Positions 55,865-64,000 of a stretch of DNA of 64,000 nt are shown one piece after another. The notes below the pieces were generated by a model. The model was given only the letters and a program-made list of their open reading frames with translations, ran no database searches and had not been told where the DNA came from. The DNA is from Chromatocurvus sp. Its GTDB lineage: Bacteria > Pseudomonadota > Gammaproteobacteria > Pseudomonadales > Halieaceae. The stretch is taken from NCBI GenBank assembly GCA_046260765.1, contig JBHEOO010000017.1, forward strand, positions 4,543-68,542, given 5' to 3'. Positions within the stretch are counted from its first letter, which is position 1. Each line of letters opens with the position of its first letter. Made by a program: the position numbers and the translations under genes.

Positions 55865-56653
55865 GTGCTGGGTGATCCGGTTTTCTGGCTTGTCAGTGTC
55901 CCTGCGGTTCTCCTGTTCGGGATCGGCAAGGGCGGTTTTGGCGGTGCCGTGGCGATTCTCGCGGTGCCGCTCATGGCACTGGTCATGTCACCGGTGCAGG
56001 CGGCGGCGATTCTGTTGCCTATCCTCGTGCTAATGGATGTCGTCGTGGTGCGCACCTTCTGGGGGCACTTTGACTGGCGAGCGCTGCGCCGTTTGCTCCC
56101 CGGGGCGGTACTGGGTATCTCTCTTGGTTACTACACCGTTGGTCTGCTCGACGAAAACGCGCTGCGGCTGCTTGTCGGGATCGTGGCCATCACCTTCGGG
56201 CTGCTGACCCTGTTTGGCCTGCAGGCAGTGACCGGTCGAGAGCACCATGCCGGGACAGCGCTGTTCTTTGGGACGCTGTCGGGGTATACGAGTTTCAGCA
56301 TCCACGCCGGTGGACCGCCGTTGACCATGTATCTGCTGCCCAAGTCGCTGCCACCGATGATGTTTGTCGGCACCGCCGGCGTATTCTTCGCCACTGTAAA
56401 CGCTCTCAAGCTTTACCCGTACTATGTTCTGGGTCAGTTCGATACGGACAATCTGCTGTATTCGCTGGTGCTGATGCCACTTGCCCCGATTGGCGTACGC
56501 ATCGGGCACTGGCTGGTGCAGCACTCGCGCCCCGCCGTATACTACCGCATCATCGCGGTCTTCCTCGTGCTGGTGGGCATCAAGCTTATCGCCGATGGTC
56601 TGGGCTTTGGTCTGGCTGCCAATAACATGCCCGTCGTCATGTCGGTTGCCTGA
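55865..56653 (+). CDS. TauE/SafE family sulfite/anion exporter
   Basis: 262 aa, polytopic, with the FGIGKGGFGG motif typical of TauE/SafE. Confidence 0.75.
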   Translation: MLGDPVFWLVSVPAVLLFGIGKGGFGGAVAILAVPLMALVMSPVQAAAILLPILVLMDVVVVRTFWGHFDWRALRRLLPGAVLGISLGYYTVGLLDENALRLLVGIVAITFGLLTLFGLQAVTGREHHAGTALFFGTLSGYTSFSIHAGGPPLTMYLLPKSLPPMMFVGTAGVFFATVNALKLYPYYVLGQFDTDNLLYSLVLMPLAPIGVRIGHWLVQHSRPAVYYRIIAVFLVLVGIKLIADGLGFGLAANNMPVVMSVA

Positions 56654-56710
56654 TACGCTATGGAAGCGGCGCTGTGCCTGCTGCCGACAGAAACCCAAAG
56701 GAGAGAAAAC

Positions 56711-57109
56711 ATGCAGATTGTCAGACTTACAGACAGCATCGGTGTTGCCGGGCAGGTCCAGCCCGACGATATGGCCGCCATCGCCCAGGCGGGTTATAAG
56801 GTGGTGATCAACAACCGCCCGGACGGCGAGGCACCCGACCAGCCCCGGAGTGAGGAGCTCGCTGCAGCCGCCGCCGCTGCCGGCCTCGATTATCACTACT
56901 ACCCCTTGAATGCCATGAACTATCCCGGCGACGATCCCGCCGCAATGGCAGCGCTGTTCAACGACGAATCCCGTCCTGTGTTCGCGTTCTGTCGCAGCGG
57001 CACGCGTTCGAGCAACCTGTGGATCAGCACGCGTCCGGCCGACGCCATGGACGCGGCGCGGCGCCACGCCAACGGCCTGGGTTTCGATGTCTCCATGTCA
57101 ATGCGATGA
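56711..57109 (+). CDS. DUF442/TIGR01244-type (BLH N-terminal domain-like) sulfur-related phosphatase-fold protein
   Basis: MQIVRLTDSIGVAGQVQPDDMAAIAQAGYKVVINNRPDGE...FCRSGTRS. ATG at 56711 follows AAAGGAG. Confidence 0.7.
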   Translation: MQIVRLTDSIGVAGQVQPDDMAAIAQAGYKVVINNRPDGEAPDQPRSEELAAAAAAAGLDYHYYPLNAMNYPGDDPAAMAALFNDESRPVFAFCRSGTRSSNLWISTRPADAMDAARRHANGLGFDVSMSMR

Positions 57110-57120
57110 AGGAGTCGGGC

Positions 57121-57198
57121 ATGACCAGATCCCTGATTTTGCTGCCACTACTGCTGCTGCGGGTTGCCCTGTCCCCCGCACGCGCGTCTACGCGCTGA
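57121..57198 (+). CDS. Possible 25-codon mini-ORF (signal-peptide/TM-like), 1 nt upstream of the cytochrome b start
   Basis: MTRSLILLPLLLLRVALSPARASTR, preceded by GAAGGAG (57108-57115) at good spacing. Its stop at 57196-57198 is followed by the cytochrome b ATG at 57200, which has no SD of its own. Confidence 0.35.
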   Translation: MTRSLILLPLLLLRVALSPARASTR

Positions 57199-57199
57199 T

Positions 57200-57865
57200 A
57201 TGAAAAGTCCTACCTCGGGCCCTGTCCTCTGGGATATTCCAGTGCGAGTCATCCACTGGACGCTCGCTGCCTGTGTTCCCGCCGCCTGGTGGACGGCTGA
57301 TCAGGGCTATATGGAACAGCACTCGTGGATTGGCTACACCGTTCTGGTGCTGGTGGCGACGCGAATTGTGTGGGGCTTTGTCGGCAGCCCGCAGGCCCGT
57401 TTCAGTGACTTTCTGCGCGGCCCAAAGGCGGCCTGGGCTTATCTGCGGGGAGCGCCGCGGGAAACGCCGGGACACAACCCGCTCGGTGGCTGGTCGTCCA
57501 TGGCACTGTGGCTGGTTTTGCTGTCCCAGGCCGGCAGCGGCCTTTTCAACAGTGACGGCATTCTGTTCGACGGCCCGTTTTACCACGCCGCGGACGAGGC
57601 AGTGACCGATTATCTCGGCAGCATTCATGAAACCGCGTTCGACATTCTGCTCGGGCTTATTGCCCTGCACCTGGCGTCCGTCGCCTACCATCAGTTTATC
57701 GCGCGCGAGCGCTTGCTCGGGCCCATGTTGCGCGGTTCTGTAGAGGGTCGCCACGGCACGGGACCAGCGCGGCCCTGGTGGTGGGCCTGTCTGATAGCCG
57801 TGCTGTTTGCCGCCGCATTGTGGAGTGCAATCCAGCTCGCGCCGGAGCCTGTCTCTTACTGGTAA
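57200..57865 (+). CDS. Cytochrome b561/hydrogenase-type cytochrome b family membrane protein
   Basis: WDIPVRVIHW...HSWIGYTVL...GHNPLGGWS...HLASVAYH histidine pattern across 4 TM helices. Confidence 0.8.
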   Translation: MKSPTSGPVLWDIPVRVIHWTLAACVPAAWWTADQGYMEQHSWIGYTVLVLVATRIVWGFVGSPQARFSDFLRGPKAAWAYLRGAPRETPGHNPLGGWSSMALWLVLLSQAGSGLFNSDGILFDGPFYHAADEAVTDYLGSIHETAFDILLGLIALHLASVAYHQFIARERLLGPMLRGSVEGRHGTGPARPWWWACLIAVLFAAALWSAIQLAPEPVSYW

Positions 57866-57899
57866 GTGCTGCGCTTGCGGGATTGCGGCTAACGCGCTG

Positions 57900-58871
57900 T
57901 CAGAACAGGGCGTGTTCGCCGAGTTCCTGCCCTGCAAGTCCCGCGTGTCGCGTGCGTTGATAGAACGCTTCCAGTGTATCGTCGCCAAAGCTGGGTGTTG
58001 CCTCGGCAGAGTGACGACCCGTGTCGGGATCTATGCACAACATGGATTCCGTTGCATAGAAGCGTCCAATACGTGCAAATTCCGCCTTGTCTGCCGCCGC
58101 CGATGACAGCTTTGCGAACGGCCAGAGCAGAGCGCCGACAACGCTGAACAGCCCTACGGGAACGCGCGTGTAGCGCGGGGTCTTCTCATAGATACGAAAC
58201 AGCATCTCCCCCTGCTGCATGGGCGTAATTGCCGGTCCCGGACCACCGATGGGCAACACGGCGTTCCAGGCGCTGGCGTCTTCCAGGCAATTGGCGAGGA
58301 ATACGGCAAGATCGCGTTCGCTGATCGGTTTGCACGCGGTCTGCTCGCCGTCGCCAAACACCAGAAACGATTTTCCCTCTTGAATGCGCCGGATCTGACC
58401 CGACAACGATTTGAAAAAGGCGGTGGGGCGGACAATGCTGTAGCGCAGGTCGCTCGCCTGTAATTCCCGCTCGAACGCAAGCTTGGCGCGCTGGAAGGCC
58501 AGTCGGGGAGTCTGTACGCAGATAGCAGAAAGCAGGATAAAGTGAGGAATTCCGGCGGAGCGAGCCGCGGTCAGCAGGTTGTGATTGCACTGGTACTCCA
58601 CATGCCAGGCATCCTGGATGCCGCCACCGCGGGTTGCGAGGCAGGAATACACTGCGTCAAAACGCTCACTGCAAACGCCCTGATGGCTGATGGTGTCGCT
58701 GCTGGCGAAATCCACCACCCTGAGTACGGCGCCCGAAAGCTCGGGAATGTCGCCCTCGTCGGGTAACGTTCGGAGGAGGCAGATGACCTCGCAGCCACGA
58801 GACAGAAGCTCCGCAACAAGCTGCCGCCCAATGTAGCCGCTGGCACCTGCGACCAGTACCCGATGGTTCAT
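57900..58871 (-). CDS. NAD(P)-binding SDR/NmrA-like oxidoreductase
   Basis: MNHRVLVAGASGYIGRQLV Rossmann motif. Length is 323 aa. Confidence 0.75.
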   Translation of the reverse strand: MNHRVLVAGASGYIGRQLVAELLSRGCEVICLLRTLPDEGDIPELSGAVLRVVDFASSDTISHQGVCSERFDAVYSCLATRGGGIQDAWHVEYQCNHNLLTAARSAGIPHFILLSAICVQTPRLAFQRAKLAFERELQASDLRYSIVRPTAFFKSLSGQIRRIQEGKSFLVFGDGEQTACKPISERDLAVFLANCLEDASAWNAVLPIGGPGPAITPMQQGEMLFRIYEKTPRYTRVPVGLFSVVGALLWPFAKLSSAAADKAEFARIGRFYATESMLCIDPDTGRHSAEATPSFGDDTLEAFYQRTRHAGLAGQELGEHALF

Positions 58872-58909
58872 GTCCGCAGGTTCACTCTGGCTGTAACGCC
58901 AGCAATCAC

Positions 58910-59389
58910 TCAGTACAGGTAGTTCTTCGCCTGGTATTCATCGTGGCAGGCCTTGCAGGTGCCACCTGTGTCTCTGACAGCACTGGCTATGGCCTTGCGA
59001 TCCCCGCCGTCAACGGCTTCCTCGAGCGCTTCCGCAGCGTCGCGCAGATCCCCAAGCTTGGACTCAAAGTCGTCCATGTTGTCCCAGATTTCAGGCTTGG
59101 CACGGGTAGTGCCCTTTTCCGAGCCCGGCGCAAAACCGCGAATCAGGTCAAGATCGACGATGTCTTCAAGGTCATCTGCGTATCCTTCCATGGCTTCCTG
59201 GTCCCAGGGGATATCACCCTTGACCATGGCGGCGATCGGCCCGAAGTTCGCCGCAATGATGGCGAAAATAGACTGGCGATAGGATTGCAGCGGCTCATCT
59301 TTAACCGAGTGAGCCAGAACCGCGGGTGCGGCTGCGATGGCTGTGGCAAGAACGGCGACGCGGCAATGCTGCTTGGTGATACGGAACAT
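58910..59389 (-). CDS. Class II cytochrome c (cytochrome c'/c-556 type)
   Basis: Signal peptide, a four-helix-bundle-like sequence, and a C-terminal CKACHDEY heme motif. Confidence 0.85.
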   Translation of the reverse strand: MFRITKQHCRVAVLATAIAAAPAVLAHSVKDEPLQSYRQSIFAIIAANFGPIAAMVKGDIPWDQEAMEGYADDLEDIVDLDLIRGFAPGSEKGTTRAKPEIWDNMDDFESKLGDLRDAAEALEEAVDGGDRKAIASAVRDTGGTCKACHDEYQAKNYLY

Positions 59390-59582
59390 GGACTGGTACT
59401 CCCGGGGTGGTTGTCAGATGTGATAACTCTAGCAGACTGACGCCGCGTGTCGACCCATGGTTTCTGTGATCGTATGTGATACGCATTGAGCACCACCTGT
59501 CTGTTAATGCCATGATCCTGCTCGATTCGCCCCCTGCCTGCGCGCTACACTATAGGCCTTACGTAAGAAAAGGAGACAGTGG

Positions 59583-60779
59583 GTGACCGATTCTGCAAGG
59601 CCATTGGACGGTCTCCGGGTGATCGAACTTGGCCAGTTGCTCGCTGGTCCTTTCACCGCGACAATTCTGGGGTACTTCGGGGCTGAGGTGATCAAGGTAG
59701 AGCCACCGGGCGGCGATCCTATTCGCGGCTGGCGGGAGGTTCGCGACGGCACCTCCCTGTGGTACCGAAGCCTCGGTCGCAACAAGAAAAGCGTCACCCT
59801 CGACCTTAAATCCCCCCGCGGCCGCGAACTTGCCCTGCGTCTGCTCGACAGCGCAGACGTGCTGGTTGAGAACTTCCGTCCGGGTACCATGGAGGCCTGG
59901 GGACTGGGTCCTGAGCTTGTCGCCCAGCGCAACCCGCGACTTATCTACGCGCGAATCTCCGGTTACGGGCAGACCGGTCCATCATCCGGCAAGCCGGGCT
60001 ACGCATCGGTTACCGAGGGGTTTGGCGGCTTTCGCTACATCAATGGGGAGCCCGGGCAGCCGCCGGTGCGACCGAATATCTCGCTGGGTGACACGCTAGC
60101 CGCCATCCATGCAGCGCTCGGGATTGCGCTGGCGATCATTCAGCGACACCGCAACGACGAGGGCCAGACAATTGATGTGGCGCTTTACGAGTCGGTGTTC
60201 AATCTTATGGAAGGCATAGTGCCGGAGTACGATGGCGCAGGTGTTGTGCGTGAGCCCTCAGGGACAACCATTACGGGAATCGTGCCGACCAACACCTATA
60301 CCTGCCGCGATGGCAAACACGTCATTATTGGTGGTAACGGCGACTCCATTTTCCGGCGGCTGATGATTGTGGCTGGTCGGCCAGACATGGCAGAAAATCC
60401 TGCCATGGCGCAAAACGCCGGGCGTATCATTCATCAGGCAGAAATAGATGCTGTCCTGGCTGATTGGTGTCAGCGCCACGCAGCGGCAGAGGTTATCGCA
60501 CAGTTAGAGGCGGAGCGCGTGCCGGTGGGCCCGATCTACAGCGTGGCAGACATGCTCGCAGATCCCCACTATCAGGCACGAGGCATGTTCGAGCAGACCG
60601 AGATAAGTGGCAGGTCGCTAAAGATTCCGGCGATCATGCCGCGCCTCGACAAGACACCGGGACGTACCGACTGGCCGGGTGGCGATATTGGCAGTCACAA
60701 CGCGGAGATTCTACAGTCGGTCCTGTCGCTGAGTGATGCGGAAATGGCGGCTTTGCGCGCTGATGGGGTTATTGCCTAG
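59583..60779 (+). CDS. Family III CoA-transferase (CaiB/BaiF)
   Basis: LDGLRVIELGQLLAGPF...VENFRPG... GTG start at 59583 follows AAAGGAGA. Confidence 0.88.
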   Translation: MTDSARPLDGLRVIELGQLLAGPFTATILGYFGAEVIKVEPPGGDPIRGWREVRDGTSLWYRSLGRNKKSVTLDLKSPRGRELALRLLDSADVLVENFRPGTMEAWGLGPELVAQRNPRLIYARISGYGQTGPSSGKPGYASVTEGFGGFRYINGEPGQPPVRPNISLGDTLAAIHAALGIALAIIQRHRNDEGQTIDVALYESVFNLMEGIVPEYDGAGVVREPSGTTITGIVPTNTYTCRDGKHVIIGGNGDSIFRRLMIVAGRPDMAENPAMAQNAGRIIHQAEIDAVLADWCQRHAAAEVIAQLEAERVPVGPIYSVADMLADPHYQARGMFEQTEISGRSLKIPAIMPRLDKTPGRTDWPGGDIGSHNAEILQSVLSLSDAEMAALRADGVIA

Positions 60780-60815
60780 GGGCGGGCCGCCCGGTGAGCG
60801 ACCGGCTATCCCTGA

Positions 60816-61070
60816 TCAGCCGGCATCGTGTTCGGCGCCAGCGTGCGGCTTTGTTCCGTCGCTGCGCGGCACTGCCATGACCATCCACGCGGTAGCGACC
60901 GATAATAAAAAAAGACTCAGCAGCCCAACGATTGCCAGGACGAGAACCGGCAGGTTGGTGTACATCAGGAGCAATACCCAAAGCAGCGTTACAACTACAA
61001 TCAGGCTGAAAAGAATCAATGCCCTGTTGCGCACACTGCGCGCGCTTCTGGTTTCGCTCGTTTTCTGCAC
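60816..61070 (-). CDS. Hypothetical two-TM membrane protein
   Basis: 84 aa with two clear hydrophobic helices, co-oriented downstream of the acyl-CoA dehydrogenase. No family recognised. Confidence 0.4.
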   Translation of the reverse strand: MQKTSETRSARSVRNRALILFSLIVVVTLLWVLLLMYTNLPVLVLAIVGLLSLFLLSVATAWMVMAVPRSDGTKPHAGAEHDAG

Positions 61071-61130
61071 CGTCTGTCTCTCCCGTTGGTTGATGTGAAT
61101 GAATGAGAAGCATAACCGACTTTCTTTAAC

Positions 61131-61158
61131 AGGGCACTAACGCCAGGGCACTAACGCC
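61131..61158. repeat. Direct 14-bp tandem duplication AGGGCACTAACGCC x2 spanning the acyl-CoA dehydrogenase stop codon
   Basis: Read directly. The second copy contains the stop codon (complement of 61151-61153). Confidence 0.9.
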
Positions 61159-62299
61159 CGAGCAGGCTGCGCGCCACCAGCTCGCGCATGATTTCCGATG
61201 TGCCGCCGTAAATACGCTGTATGCGCGCATCGGTGTAGAAGCGCGAAATCGGGTACTCACTGGTGTAGCCGTATCCGCCGAAGAGCTGCAGGCATTCATC
61301 AATAGTGCTGCACTGCATCTCGCAGGATGCGAGCTTCAGCATTGCTGCCTTGTCCGCCGTGAGCTCACCGCGGCTGTACTCTGTCGCACACTGCTCGTAG
61401 AGAGCGCGATTGAGGGCGATCTCTGTTTTGACGTCCGCCAGCTTGAAGCGCGTGTTCTGAAAGCTGCTGATTGCCTGGCCAAAGGCCTTGCGCTCGCCGA
61501 CGTAATCCACTGTCAATGCCAGCGCTCCCTCGGCCGCCGCTACAGCCTGCGCGGCAATGCCCAGACGTTCGCGGGGCAGTTCCTGCATCATGATAATGAA
61601 GCCACGGTTCAGTTCGCCGAGCAGTGCATCAGCGGGCAGGCGTACATCCTGGAAGAACAGCTGGGCCGTATCGGATGCATGCTGACCTATCTTGTCGATC
61701 TTGCGACTCTTCTCGAAGCCGGGCAGGTGCGCGTCGACCAGGAAAAGTGAGGTCCCCTTGGCGCCCTTGCCGGGGTCGGTGATCGCGGCGACCAGCACCA
61801 GGTCGGCGTGAATGCCGTTGGTAATGAAAATCTTCGAACCGTTCAGCACCCACTCGTCGCCATCCTTCACCGCGTTCGTGCGAATCGCCTGCACGTCGGA
61901 GCCGGCGCCCGGTTCCGTCATGGCCAGCGCGCCGACGGTTTCGCCCGTGACCATGCGCGGCAGCCACTGCTGCTTCTGCGCTTCGCTGCCGTGGTGGATA
62001 AGGTAGGGCGCGACGATGTTGGAATGTATGCCGTAACCGCTGGCAAAGCCGCCGAAGCCCATGTGTGACAGCTCTTCTATCATGGCCAACGTCACCTCCG
62101 GCGAGGTGCCAGCGCCGCCGTAGGCTTCATCGACGTCGGGACAAAGAAGGCCCGCTGCCCCCAGCGTGTTCCAGAGCGCCCGGGGTACCATGCGCTCCTC
62201 TTCCCAGGTGTGGTAATACGGTGAGATCTCGTGCTCGAAGGCGCGGCGCGCCATGTCACGAAACAGGGTCATCTCGTCGCTACCGATGTCCATCGTCAT
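61151..62299 (-). CDS. Acyl-CoA dehydrogenase
   Basis: 382 aa with ...ALAMTEPGAGSD... and ...IYGGTSEIM... ACAD signatures. Confidence 0.92.
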   Translation of the reverse strand: MTMDIGSDEMTLFRDMARRAFEHEISPYYHTWEEERMVPRALWNTLGAAGLLCPDVDEAYGGAGTSPEVTLAMIEELSHMGFGGFASGYGIHSNIVAPYLIHHGSEAQKQQWLPRMVTGETVGALAMTEPGAGSDVQAIRTNAVKDGDEWVLNGSKIFITNGIHADLVLVAAITDPGKGAKGTSLFLVDAHLPGFEKSRKIDKIGQHASDTAQLFFQDVRLPADALLGELNRGFIIMMQELPRERLGIAAQAVAAAEGALALTVDYVGERKAFGQAISSFQNTRFKLADVKTEIALNRALYEQCATEYSRGELTADKAAMLKLASCEMQCSTIDECLQLFGGYGYTSEYPISRFYTDARIQRIYGGTSEIMRELVARSLLGR

Positions 62300-62487
62300 A
62301 CTGCTTGACTCCTTAATACGCTATTGAACTGGCGAAAGTGTGTTGCAATCGAAGACGCGGCGCAAGTAATCCGGACACGCTCGGGGCTCGATGATCGCGC
62401 CTGTTTGCGGAGCCAGTGGTCACGGCTGTCAGGCCACGCCGCTGGTGCTACACTCGGAAGATGAAATAATAGTCCCTATCAACGGAG

Positions 62488-63921
62488 ATGCTCATGCGCG
62501 ACTACACGCAATTCTACATAGACGGTCAGTGGGTCGACCCGGCCAGTCCGAACCCCTTTGACGTCATCAATCCGGCAACGGAAGCCGTTTGCGCGAGGAT
62601 TTCCCTCGGCGGCGAAACCGATGTCAATCGTGCGGTGGCCGCGGCGCGCAAAGCGTTTGGCAGCTACTCGCAGACCGCACGAAAGGAGCGGGTCGAGCTG
62701 CTTGAATCCTGTGCTGCCGTGTATGAAAAGCGCTACCAGGATATTGCTGCCGCGATCAGTGAAGAGATGGGCGCGCCGATCACCCTGGCGGAAAAGGCAC
62801 AGGCGCATACCGGACTCGGCCACCTGCAGGAGGCCGCCAGGGTTCTCAAGGAGTTTTCCTTCGAGGAGAGCCTCGGCGCCCACCGCGTGTTCAAGGAACC
62901 GATTGGTGTCTGCGGGCTTATCACGCCGTGGAACTGGCCAATGAACCAGATCGGCTGCAAGGTAGCTCCGGCATTGGCGGTGGGCTGCACGGTGATTCTG
63001 AAGCCCAGTGAAATTGCCCCACTTTCTGCCTGGCTGTGGGCTGAAGTGATGCACGAAGCGGGCGTTCCTGCCGGGGTGTTCAACCTGGTCAATGGCGATG
63101 GCCCCGGCGTCGGCACGCTGCTGTCCCAGCACCCGGATATCGACATGATGTCGTTCACCGGCTCTACCCGGGCGGGCACGCTGGTGGCACAGAACGCCGC
63201 GCCGTCAGTAAAACGCGTAACGCAGGAGCTCGGCGGCAAGTCACCGAATATCATTCTTGAGGATGCTGACCTTGCCACTGCGGTAAAGCAGGGCGTGCGC
63301 AGCATGTTCTCCAATACGGGCCAGTCCTGCAATGCACCGTCTCGCATGCTGGTGCCAGCGGCAAAGCTTGCCGAGGCAGAAGCGATTGCGCGTGAGGTGG
63401 CGGAGAAGGTGGTCCTTGGCGATCCGACAGACCCGGGCACGCATATGGGTCCGGTGGTATCGCAACTTCAGTACGACCGTGTACAGACGCTGATTGAGAA
63501 GGGAATTGAAGAGGGTGCGAAGCTTGTGGTCGGCGGCCCCGGCAAGCCGGAGGGAATGGATACGGGCTATTTTGTCCGACCAACGGTTTTCTCTGACGTC
63601 AATAACGACATGACGATTGCCCGCGAGGAAATCTTTGGACCAGTGCTGGTCATGATTCCCTATACCAGCGAGGACGAGGCCATCCGCATTGCCAACGACA
63701 CACCCTACGGCCTTGCGGGCTATGTGCAGAGTAGTGATATCGACCATGCTCGCCGGGTTGCGTCACGCATCCGCGCCGGAAACATTCATATAAACGGTGC
63801 CTCTGGCGGATACGACGTTCCCTTCGGTGGCTTCAAGCAATCCGGGAATGGGCGCGAATGGGGTGCGCACGGCTTCACGGATTTCCTGGAAATCAAGGCG
63901 GTGGAAGGTTACGGGACCTGA
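62488..63921 (+). CDS. NAD(P)-dependent aldehyde dehydrogenase
   Basis: ITPWNWP, ELGGKSP and the GQSCNAPSR catalytic Cys context. Length is 477 aa. Confidence 0.92.
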   Translation: MLMRDYTQFYIDGQWVDPASPNPFDVINPATEAVCARISLGGETDVNRAVAAARKAFGSYSQTARKERVELLESCAAVYEKRYQDIAAAISEEMGAPITLAEKAQAHTGLGHLQEAARVLKEFSFEESLGAHRVFKEPIGVCGLITPWNWPMNQIGCKVAPALAVGCTVILKPSEIAPLSAWLWAEVMHEAGVPAGVFNLVNGDGPGVGTLLSQHPDIDMMSFTGSTRAGTLVAQNAAPSVKRVTQELGGKSPNIILEDADLATAVKQGVRSMFSNTGQSCNAPSRMLVPAAKLAEAEAIAREVAEKVVLGDPTDPGTHMGPVVSQLQYDRVQTLIEKGIEEGAKLVVGGPGKPEGMDTGYFVRPTVFSDVNNDMTIAREEIFGPVLVMIPYTSEDEAIRIANDTPYGLAGYVQSSDIDHARRVASRIRAGNIHINGASGGYDVPFGGFKQSGNGREWGAHGFTDFLEIKAVEGYGT

Positions 63922-63922
63922 T

Positions 63923-64000
63923 ATGGCTGGCTATATTCTCGCAATCGATCAGGGCACAACGGGCACAACCGTCGCCTTGATGACAACCGACGGTGCCTTG
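63923..64000 (+). CDS. FGGY-family carbohydrate kinase (glycerol kinase-like), 5' fragment running off the window
   Basis: MAGYILAIDQGTTGTTVALMTTDGAL matches the FGGY N-terminal phosphate-1 motif. Confidence 0.6.
   Translation, partial: MAGYILAIDQGTTGTTVALMTTDGAL

Overview
This is a chromosomal window of roughly 60% GC (estimated by eye) from a gammaproteobacterium, densely packed with housekeeping genes. The block nadB | rpoE-rseA-rseB-rseC-degP(mucD)-lepA-lepB-DUF4845-rnc-era-recO (30.5-42.1 kb) has the gene order I remember for Pseudomonas PA0761-PA0772. It is followed by cysM-relA-mazG, adk, mobA, tsaB-uppP, an M18 aminopeptidase, trpS and purC. The left half (1-30 kb) is more accessory-like. 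It holds a large DUF1631-like/GGDEF/EAL signalling protein, an SSF symporter, three secreted amidohydrolase paralogues, TonB-dependent receptors, an MFS transporter and many small DUF proteins. It also holds a heme-motif lipoprotein next to an AlkA-like glycosylase, a DUF3096-USP-SLC4-like transporter string, and an orphan SatD-like gene overlapping ung. I found no rRNA, tRNA, CRISPR array, transposase, integrase or recognisable defence or toxin module other than the sdhE/ygfX (CptB/CptA-like) pair. I therefore cannot point to a clear novel multi-gene system. The most promising leads are the SatD-ung coupling, the CXXCH lipoprotein/AlkA pair, the USP/SLC4 string, GGA-containing 10-bp repeats in the ygfZ leader, an SD-preceded 25-codon mini-ORF in front of a cytochrome b gene, an 11-bp x5 tandem repeat, and a small gene-decay patch at 12.8-13.8 kb. 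All product calls come from motif and family recognition by eye. No database search was run.
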